This document shows, piece after piece, positions 8,835 through 17,600 of a stretch of 64,000 nt of DNA (position 1 is its first letter; each line of letters begins with the position of its first letter). Source of the stretch: a virus (taxonomy: Duplodnaviria > Heunggongvirae > Uroviricota > Caudoviricetes); the IMG/VR virus record IMGVR_UViG_3300032330_001609, positions 69,975-133,974 of that record, one strand, 5' to 3'. Below the pieces are notes generated by a model. It had not been told where the DNA came from and made no database searches. It saw only the letters and a program-made list of their open reading frames with translations. A program made the position numbers and the translations under genes.

Positions 8835-11249
8835 ATGATGTCATTAAAGATAAGAAAAAGAGGGGGAGACGAAGTTTCGTTTAACCCTCAAAAAATTTAC
8901 AATAGAGTTAAACGTGCTGCTAGAGGATTAAACGTTAATGCTGATGAGGTATTCATTAAAGTTATTACGTCAGTTCCAACAGAAGGTGTTATTACAACTA
9001 AAGAGTTAGATAAATTGGTTTATGAGATTGCCGCAGCTTATACCGGTAGTCACCACGATTATTCAAGACTAGCGTCTTCAGTTGCAATTTCATCATATCA
9101 TAAAGAAACTGATGATAGTTTTTGTAATACAATGCACACATTACACGTTGATGGAATTATTAACGATAAGTTAATGGAAACTATTGAAAAATATGGTGTG
9201 GAAAATATTGATTCTGTAATTAATCACGAGAATGATTATAATTTTGATTATTTTGCGTGGAAATCATTGTCAGAAATGTATTTGTTGAAAACTCCGGAAG
9301 GTAGAGTAATTGAAAGACCTCAACATATGTATATGAGAGTTGCTTTATGGGTGACTAAATCATTTGAACAAGCGGTTGAGTATTACCAATCATTGTCAAA
9401 CCAACTTATTTCTCCGGCAACACCAATTATGATTAATGCGGGAACTAAAACTCCTCAACTAGCGTCTTGTGTATTGAAATACAATCACGGGGATTCTCGT
9501 AATGGGTTATTACAGACATTAAATGACATTTCAACTTATTCATCAGACGCTGCCGGTATTGGATTATGTATGTCTAACATTCGTAGTAAAGAAAGTAGAA
9601 TTAACTCATCAGGTGGATTTGCCGGTGGATTATTGAAGTATCTTAAAATTGTGAATGAATCATTACGTTTCTTCAACCAACAAGGAAGAAGACCGGGAAG
9701 TGCGGCAATCTACATTGAACCTTGGCACAAAGATATCTTTGACTTGTTAGACATTAAGAAAAACACAGGTGCTGAAGAGATGAGAGCAAGAGATTTGTTT
9801 ACATCTATATGGTTACCGGACAACTTTATGGAGGCGGTTAAAAATAATGACGATTGGTATTTGTTCTGTCCTAATGATATCTTAAAAGCGGGTATCAAAC
9901 CATTACAGGAAACTTATGGTGATGAATACGAACAAAACTACCAAAGAGCGGTTGAGTTAGGTTTAGGTAAGAAAGTTAAAGCACAATCAGTGTGGAATAA
10001 AATTATTGAATCACAGGTTGAAACCGGTGTTCCTTATTTATGTTCTAAGGATAATGCTAACAGAAAAACTAACCATCAAAACATCGGGGTGATTAAACAA
10101 TCTAACCTATGTAATGAGATTTACCAATATACTGATGAAGAAACTACAGCTATCTGTACTCTTTCATCTATGGTGTTGAAAAACTTTATTGTTAAAGGTG
10201 AGTTTGATTACAAATTACTTTATAGTGAGGTTAGAAAGGTTGTTAGAGCACTTAACAAAGTTATTGATATCAACAGTTATTCGACTGAACAAGGTAGAAA
10301 AGGTGGGTTGGAACAAAGAGCAATTGCTATTGGAACACAAGGACTTGCTGACGTATTCTATCTAATGGATTACATATTTACATCTGAAGAGGCGAGAAAG
10401 TTAAACAAAAACATTTTTGAAACAATCTACTTCGCGGCAATTACTGAGAGTATGGAATTATGTAAATCCGGAGAATACAAACCATATGACTTCTTTGAAG
10501 GGTCACCAATGTCAAAAGGAATCTTCCAATTTGATATGTGGGGATTAGATTACGAAGGATTAGGTGGATTATGGGATTGGGATACACTTAAATTAGAAGT
10601 GTCCAACCACGGGGTTTGTAACTCGTTATTCACGGCTCAAATGCCTGTTGCATCTTCAGCTAAGATTACGGGTTCGTTTGAAATGACAGAACCGGCTCAC
10701 TCGGCATTATTTAATCGTCGTGTTGTTGGGGGAGAAATCTTAATTGTTAACAAATACTTAATTACTGATTTTGAGAAAATTGGTATTTGGTGTGAGGATT
10801 TGAAAAATGAAATCATTATGAATGAAGGTTCAGTTCAAAACATTAATTTTAATCATTACCTTGATGTTGAGGATAAAAATTACAATAAGAAAGTTAAAAG
10901 AATTGAACATTTAATTCCAAAATACAAAACAATTTGGGAGATATCTCAAAGAGAACTTATTGATATGGCGGCTGACAGAGCACCATTCATTGACCAATCA
11001 CAATCAATGAATATCTATATGTCAAACCCAACATTATCAAAAATATCATCATCACACTTCCATTCTTGGGGTAGAGGATTAAAAACTCTTTGTTATTATG
11101 TTAGAACAAAAGCAATATCAACCGGAGCAAAACACTTGGCGGTGGACATATCAAAAGTAGGTCAACCAAAACCAATTGAAAAACCAACTGTTGATTTAAC
11201 ACAAAAACCTTCGGATTCCGAGTTTGAGTGTTTCGGATGTGGTTCTTAA
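8835..11249 (+). CDS. nrdA: Ribonucleotide reductase class Ia alpha subunit with N-terminal ATP cone
   Basis: ATP cone KIRKRGGDEVSFNPQKI; SCVL, QSNLCNEI, CTLSS, YYVR, C-terminal CFGC. Confidence 0.97.
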   Translation: MMSLKIRKRGGDEVSFNPQKIYNRVKRAARGLNVNADEVFIKVITSVPTEGVITTKELDKLVYEIAAAYTGSHHDYSRLASSVAISSYHKETDDSFCNTMHTLHVDGIINDKLMETIEKYGVENIDSVINHENDYNFDYFAWKSLSEMYLLKTPEGRVIERPQHMYMRVALWVTKSFEQAVEYYQSLSNQLISPATPIMINAGTKTPQLASCVLKYNHGDSRNGLLQTLNDISTYSSDAAGIGLCMSNIRSKESRINSSGGFAGGLLKYLKIVNESLRFFNQQGRRPGSAAIYIEPWHKDIFDLLDIKKNTGAEEMRARDLFTSIWLPDNFMEAVKNNDDWYLFCPNDILKAGIKPLQETYGDEYEQNYQRAVELGLGKKVKAQSVWNKIIESQVETGVPYLCSKDNANRKTNHQNIGVIKQSNLCNEIYQYTDEETTAICTLSSMVLKNFIVKGEFDYKLLYSEVRKVVRALNKVIDINSYSTEQGRKGGLEQRAIAIGTQGLADVFYLMDYIFTSEEARKLNKNIFETIYFAAITESMELCKSGEYKPYDFFEGSPMSKGIFQFDMWGLDYEGLGGLWDWDTLKLEVSNHGVCNSLFTAQMPVASSAKITGSFEMTEPAHSALFNRRVVGGEILIVNKYLITDFEKIGIWCEDLKNEIIMNEGSVQNINFNHYLDVEDKNYNKKVKRIEHLIPKYKTIWEISQRELIDMAADRAPFIDQSQSMNIYMSNPTLSKISSSHFHSWGRGLKTLCYYVRTKAISTGAKHLAVDISKVGQPKPIEKPTVDLTQKPSDSEFECFGCGS

Positions 11250-11258
11250 TAAGAATAT

Positions 11259-11286
11259 AAATCACGGCTTAGGTCGTGATTTTTTA
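11259..11286 (+). terminator. Intrinsic terminator after nrdA
   Basis: AAATCACGGC-TTAG-GTCGTGATTT stem followed by a T run. Confidence 0.85.
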
Positions 11287-11322
11287 TTTTGGGGGTATTT
11301 ATAAAAAATAATGACGACACTA

Positions 11323-11329
11323 TATTTAT
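11323..11329 (+). promoter_or_regulatory. TATTTAT motif, 4 nt before ATG 11334 (second copy at 11296)
   Basis: Recurring motif before the baseplate operon. Confidence 0.5.
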
Positions 11330-11333
11330 AGTT

Positions 11334-11789
11334 ATGGCAGATGGTAGAACATATGGAATAAATTTTCCTTTTAACGATTCTCGTAATGGGAAATATTTAA
11401 GTCTTTCAAGTGACGCGGCTCAGGAGATTAGAACTGATTTAATACATCTTTTATTAACAAGAAAAGGTACGAGATATTATTTACCTGATTTTGGTACAAG
11501 ATTGTATGAGTTCATATTTGAACCAATGGATGGACCAACATTTTCTGAGATTGAATCTGAAATTAGAGCGTCTGTTGAAGAATACATCCCAAACATTACT
11601 ATTACAAATATAAGTGTTACTTCCGCTGATATGGGGGAAGAAGATAAAGGTACTTATATTGATGGTGATGAGAGAATTTATAGAGTACCCGGAATCGGGC
11701 TTAAAGAACATACCGCAAAGGTTAAAATTGAATATACACTTAGTGATGACGTTTTTAATTCTAGCGATTTTGTAATAATTAACATTTAA
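11334..11789 (+). CDS. Baseplate wedge subunit, gp25/GPW-like
   Basis: DLIHLLLTRKGTRYYLPDFGTRLYEFIFEP signature; ATG 11334 preferred over the TTG at 11289. Confidence 0.88.
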   Translation: MADGRTYGINFPFNDSRNGKYLSLSSDAAQEIRTDLIHLLLTRKGTRYYLPDFGTRLYEFIFEPMDGPTFSEIESEIRASVEEYIPNITITNISVTSADMGEEDKGTYIDGDERIYRVPGIGLKEHTAKVKIEYTLSDDVFNSSDFVIINI

Positions 11790-11793
11790 TATT

Positions 11794-13632
11794 ATGGCTA
11801 ATAAAAAAATATCGTATACTACAAGAGACTTTCAATCGGTAAGAACTGAGTTAATAAATTTTACAAGAACTTATTATCCTGAATTAATCGATAACTTTAA
11901 TGATGCCGGAGTTTTTTCGGTGTTATTAGACTTAAATGCTGCGGTTACTGATAACTTACAGTTTAATATTGATAGAAGTATACAAGAAACTGTTTTACAA
12001 TATGCACAACAAAGGTCATCAATTTTTAATATTGCGAGAACATACGGATTAAAAGTTCCCGGACAAAGACCATCAGTTGCTTTGGTTGATTTTGCGATTA
12101 CGGTACCTGCTTATGGTGATAAAGAAGATTTAAGATATTGTGGTATCTTACGTAGAGGTTCACAAGTTAGTGGTGCAGGTCAAATCTTTGAAACGGTATA
12201 TGATATTGATTTTTCTTCTCCAATCGGGGCTGAGGGATATCCTAATAGATTAAAAATACCTAATTTTGATTCAAATAATACATTAATCAATTATACAATT
12301 GTTAAACGAGAAACTGTTGTTAATGGTATTACAAAAGTATTTAAAAAAGTTGTAACAGCTAATGATGTTAGACCATTTTTAGAAGTATTCTTACCTGAAA
12401 AGAATGTTTTAGGGGTAACTAGTGTTTTATTAAAAGATAGTACTCAATATTCTAATGTTCCTTCAGTACAGGAGTTCTTAGGGGTTGATAATAGATGGTA
12501 TGAGGTAAATGCTTTGGCGGACAGTAGAGTATTCGTTGAAGACCCAACTAAAGTATCGGACCAACCGGGTATTAAGGTAGGTAAGTATATTGAAACAAGT
12601 AGTAAATTTATAACAGAGTTTACTCCGGAAGGATTCTTAAAAATGACTTTTGGGGGTGGTAATCAATCAGCTGATGAACAATTGAGAGAATTTGCAAGAG
12701 ATGGTTATAATTTGAATTTATATAAATACTCGAATAACTTAGCATTAGGTAGTACTCTAAAAGCTAATTCAACATTGTTCGTTCAATATAGAATTGGTGG
12801 TGGTACCGGAAGTAACTTGGGGGTTAATGCTATCACACAAATTGGTACCGTATCATTCTTTGTTAATGGACCAAGTCAATCTCAAAATACAAGTGTTATT
12901 AATTCGTTATCTTGTACTAACGTAACAGCTGCAATCGGTGGGGCAAATTATCCTACAACTGAAGAGGTAAGAAACTTAGTAGCATTTAACTTCTCAGCAC
13001 AACAAAGAGCGGTGACAGTAAATGACTATGATTCAATTATTAGAACAATGCCATCACAATTTGGGGCTCCTGCTAAAGTATCAATCACAGAAGAAAATAA
13101 TAAAATTAAAGTTCAAATGTTATCATACGATGAAAATGGTAACTTAACCAATATTGTATCAAATACCTTAAAAAATAACGTAGCAAATTATCTTTCAAAC
13201 TATAGAATGATAAATGACTATGTTTCAATTGAAACTGCAAATGTGATTGATTTGGGGGTTAATGTTGATATTGTATTAGATAACAGTCAAAACCAAGGTA
13301 CTGTAATATCTCAAGTAATTAATCTAATAACAACCTTTTTTGCTCCAACTAATAGACAAATGGGGGAGAATGTTAACGTATCAGATTTAAGAAGATTGAT
13401 TCAAAGTGAAAATGGTGTTATTTCTTTGTCGGACATATTATTCTTTAATAAAGTCGGTGGAGAATATTCATCTTCTCAAACTTCTCAAAGATATTCAGAC
13501 CCTGACACTAGACAAATAGAATTGGTTGATGATACAATTTTTGCTGAACCAAGTCAAATTTATCAAATTAGATATCCGGGTAAAGATATTAATATTAGAG
13601 TTAAAAATCTTAAAACAGTAAATTTCTCGTAA
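11794..13632 (+). CDS. Baseplate wedge subunit, T4 gp6 / baseplate J-like
   Basis: N-terminal YTTRDFQSVRTEL...ETVLQYAQQRSSIFNIA; YRIGGG; QRAVTVNDY; follows the gp25-like gene. Confidence 0.85.
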   Translation: MANKKISYTTRDFQSVRTELINFTRTYYPELIDNFNDAGVFSVLLDLNAAVTDNLQFNIDRSIQETVLQYAQQRSSIFNIARTYGLKVPGQRPSVALVDFAITVPAYGDKEDLRYCGILRRGSQVSGAGQIFETVYDIDFSSPIGAEGYPNRLKIPNFDSNNTLINYTIVKRETVVNGITKVFKKVVTANDVRPFLEVFLPEKNVLGVTSVLLKDSTQYSNVPSVQEFLGVDNRWYEVNALADSRVFVEDPTKVSDQPGIKVGKYIETSSKFITEFTPEGFLKMTFGGGNQSADEQLREFARDGYNLNLYKYSNNLALGSTLKANSTLFVQYRIGGGTGSNLGVNAITQIGTVSFFVNGPSQSQNTSVINSLSCTNVTAAIGGANYPTTEEVRNLVAFNFSAQQRAVTVNDYDSIIRTMPSQFGAPAKVSITEENNKIKVQMLSYDENGNLTNIVSNTLKNNVANYLSNYRMINDYVSIETANVIDLGVNVDIVLDNSQNQGTVISQVINLITTFFAPTNRQMGENVNVSDLRRLIQSENGVISLSDILFFNKVGGEYSSSQTSQRYSDPDTRQIELVDDTIFAEPSQIYQIRYPGKDINIRVKNLKTVNFS

Positions 13633-13633
13633 T

Positions 13634-13640
13634 TATTTAT
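13634..13640 (+). promoter_or_regulatory. TATTTAT motif
   Basis: Intergenic, upstream of ATG 13671. Confidence 0.35.
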
Positions 13641-13670
13641 TTTAAATAAAAATGTGTTACGATTATTTTT

Positions 13671-14612
13671 ATGGAATATATCACACAATTTTTTGAATCT
13701 ATTAAAGATGGTTTATCTATATTATCGTTAGATAGTATAAAAGGTGACCACGGTACTTGGGCTCAGTCACTTTTCTTTGGGTTCATTTTAAATTTTAGAC
13801 TATTAATTAGTTTAATAACGTTAATTTATTTTAGATATAAATTAAAAACTGAAAAACGAAAAATAATTTATTTTTTTACGGGTTTATTTTTTATTTTTAC
13901 AATATCTGAGTTAGGGATAATTCTTCAAAGAAGACAATTTGAATCACAAAAATATGAATTAAATTATTATACTGAAAATACAGATAATTTAGTTATCATT
14001 ATGGAAGGGGCTAATTGGCCTATAACAGATTATATCCCAAATAATAAAACTCAAATTGATATTACTAGAAGTAGAGATGTTGATGCCCTTGGAGGATTAG
14101 AAAAAAAATTAACCTCAAAAAATACAACAGTTTTAACGTATGTTGGTTCTCATAGTTTTAATTTATCACCTCAAGAAGTTTATACCACTATTAAATATTT
14201 TAAAATTGCCAAACCAAATGGTAAAGTTATTTTGGTTGGTCATAGTCTTGGGGGTTATAATGTTGCTGAAGTTTTAGATAAATTATACTTGGATAAAAAA
14301 AATGTTGATTTAGTAGTATTTTTAGATAGTGCTTGTAAAAAATATAATAACTATAATTACGTTGTTAAAGATAATGTAAAATACGCAATAAATTTTACAT
14401 CTGATAAATGGACGGATAATTATATTTTCTTCACAAATTCAGGTGGTACCATTTCAAGAAGTTCTAAAAACAAAGTAACTGACTATATTAATATTCATAT
14501 ACCAAATACTACTCATACCACAATTGATAATATTATGGCGAATAAAGTCGGTGATATTATTACAAATTACCTATCTAACGAACAAGACCCAATTAAATTA
14601 TTAAAAAAATAA
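13671..14612 (+). CDS. Membrane-anchored alpha/beta-hydrolase-fold protein (putative lipase/esterase)
   Basis: Two hydrophobic N-terminal segments; nucleophile elbow VILVGHSLGGY; VDLVVFLDSA; late His in THTTID. Confidence 0.7.
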   Translation: MEYITQFFESIKDGLSILSLDSIKGDHGTWAQSLFFGFILNFRLLISLITLIYFRYKLKTEKRKIIYFFTGLFFIFTISELGIILQRRQFESQKYELNYYTENTDNLVIIMEGANWPITDYIPNNKTQIDITRSRDVDALGGLEKKLTSKNTTVLTYVGSHSFNLSPQEVYTTIKYFKIAKPNGKVILVGHSLGGYNVAEVLDKLYLDKKNVDLVVFLDSACKKYNNYNYVVKDNVKYAINFTSDKWTDNYIFFTNSGGTISRSSKNKVTDYINIHIPNTTHTTIDNIMANKVGDIITNYLSNEQDPIKLLKK

Positions 14613-14672
14613 GTTTTTATTAGAATTTATTTTAATTTAAGTTCAATTACCTTTTGAAAATAGTATATAAAC

Positions 14673-14679
14673 TATTTAT
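14673..14679 (+). promoter_or_regulatory. TATTTAT motif
   Basis: Intergenic, upstream of ATG 14695. Confidence 0.5.
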
Positions 14680-14694
14680 CAAAAAAAGAATATT

Positions 14695-17600
14695 ATGCCA
14701 AATTCATATAGAATAAGAACGGACTTAGGTATTAACAAGTCAATTAACGTATCAATCGACCAAGAATTTGAGTATCTTGAGATATTATCACTTAAAGTTT
14801 TACAAAGTGAGATTTATACAAGAGTATGCTCAGATTATGGTGTTATTATTGGACGTATTAGTGTTAATAATGGTTTTGGTCTTCCAAACGCAAAAGTATC
14901 CGTATTTATACCTTTAAATGATGAAGATTCGGTAAATCCAATTATATCAGAAATATATCCATACCGTTCAATTACAGATGTTAATGAGGATGGGTATAGA
15001 TATAATTTATTACCATATGAACCATCATATAGTAATCATATACCTACTGGTACATTTTTTAATAGAACTGATGTTTTAACAAACCCAACCCTTATCCAAG
15101 TTTACGACAAGTACTACAAATACAACGCGGTAACAAATGAAAGTGGTGACTTTATGATATTTGGTGTTCCGGTTGGAACACAGACACTTTCAGTAGATAT
15201 TGACTTATCAGATATTGGGGAATTTTCATTATCACCACAAGATTTAATTAGAATGGGTATTGCAACTCAAGCCCAAGTTAATGGTACTAAATTTAAAAAG
15301 TCTACAAATTTACGAGAATTACCACAAATTGTTAATTTAACTAGAACCGTTGTAGTTGAACCTTTATGGGGTCAGGATGAGGTATGTAATATTGGTATTT
15401 GTAGAAGTGATTTTGATTTAAGTAATGAGTCAAATATTAATATAACACCCACAGCTATTTTTATGGGGTCATTAATATCAAGTATTGATGGTGCCCCTTT
15501 AAGAACTAATTGTAATCCTAAATGGAAATTAGGGGGTTTATGTAATTTAACGGTGGCTCCCGGTGAAATATTGGCAATTAGACAAACAATTAAAGAAGAC
15601 CCTATGGGTAGACCAAGTTTAGAGTTATTTGACTTAGAACAAGGGGGTGTTGTTATTGATGACAATGGTGCTTGGCTATTAGACGTACCAATGAATTTAG
15701 ATTATTTAATCACAAACGAGTTTGGTGAATTAGTGATATCTGACGACCCTACAAAAGGTATACCAACTAAAGGTAAATATAGATTTAAAGTTAAGTGGGC
15801 TCAATCACCATCACTATCTGAAGAACTTAGACGTGGTTATTTTTTAGTTCCAAATGTTAAAGAATATGGATGGACTAATCCAGGAGTAGACCCAACACAA
15901 TCAAGTGGTATTGGTACACAATACGCTTTAAAATCATATGCGTTTAGTTTAGATTGGGATGATTATGGAGATTCAACAGCATTAGGTCAACATATGATTC
16001 AAGAAGCCATTAATTGTGAGGATAGATTTTATTTAATGCAATATAATAAAGTTTATACTGTATCCCAAATGATGGATAGGTTTAGGGGTGGTTTATTTCC
16101 TGATAACTTTGTTGGTATTAAAGCGGTATCACAAGATGACTGTAATACTGAAAATTATAAATTTCCTGTTAATGATGCTAATTTTAGATTTGACATTATT
16201 TATATACTATTTAACATATTATCGGTAATTATTAGGTCAATCGTATGGGTGCTTATTATAGTGTTGCACGTATTATATACGGCGGTTTATTTAATATGGT
16301 ACTTTTTTAATCTTCTTGGAGCTTATTTTGCGGCTTGGGCAATTCTATATATTATTGCTGCGTTTAGTACTTATCCACCTGTTACAGGATTATTGGCGGT
16401 TGGTGCGGCTTATGCCGCGGCATCGACGGTTATGTTTATTATTGCCAATTGGTGGAAACGAAAAGTGGTTGATAATTGTACTCCGATGAAATTACCTTTA
16501 ATACTTTATCCTGATTGTTCTATGTGTGATTGTACATTAGACCAAGGTGGTGTTAGCGGTAGTCAGATAACCGCAGACATTTCATCTGAAACTGATATAG
16601 ATGATGAAACTCAAGAACAAAATGGTAATTGTATTGGAAGTGGTAGTGTACAATTGGTTAAATTGTCTGATGGTATAACTTATAATGGAGATTTAATTGG
16701 TGGGAGTGATGATTATAAAACATTAATTACGTCATTTTTATCAGGGGAACCTATTAAAAATCCACCACCAGCAATAAATGATAATAGAATAAATGCTGCT
16801 CAACTTAATAGATATCCTAATGGTGCTCCTTACACAAGTTTTACAACAAGTTTAACTTTTGCTGCAAGAATGAATTTGTTTAATACCAAGGCTAAATATT
16901 TTGATGAAACAAACCCAATATTACCTAATCCGGGTGGTGGTGTTAATAGAATTAAAGTAAACTTTAACCCTAGTAATACTGACCATCATTTTGATAATGT
17001 TGTTGCTGTTTTATGTAATAAACAATCGTTGAGTAAATTATTACCGGGTACTTTAATAACTTTCCAAAATCCAATATTAACGGGAGATACAAGAGCATCT
17101 GCAGATATTAATGTTGATATGTATGTGTCGGATACAGGTGCAACTGAAAATCAATTTGGTAATTTTGCGATTACCGGAACAACATCTGCGTTAAATTCGT
17201 TTAGTGTTAATTACGCAAAATTTGATGGTTCAGGTAATGATACAACTAATTATACCGGATTAAATATTACAGCGTCAACCGATTATCATAAATTCCCGAT
17301 TGATGTTGAATATTTTCAAGTCATAACGGGAATGACTTATAGTGCTTATACAAATCAATGTGTGTCACAATTACCAAACTCATTTAATAACCGTTATTTA
17401 TCTAATAATATTCGTATTAATAATCTTAATATGAACGCATCCACTTTATATTGTCAATATCCAACATTTACAAATGATGGTTTTACATATAATAATCCAA
17501 ACTATATAAACCCAATAACTAAAATTAAAAATTATAATGAATTAGTTGTTGTATTTTTAGTTAGAGGTGTTGACCCATACTCACCTAAAGTTAACGTTAA

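Noticed and set aside
3973-11249. Inteins or group I introns in recA, dnaB, nrdB or nrdA
   Set aside because: Lengths are ordinary, motifs are contiguous, and no homing-endonuclease or splice-junction motifs were seen
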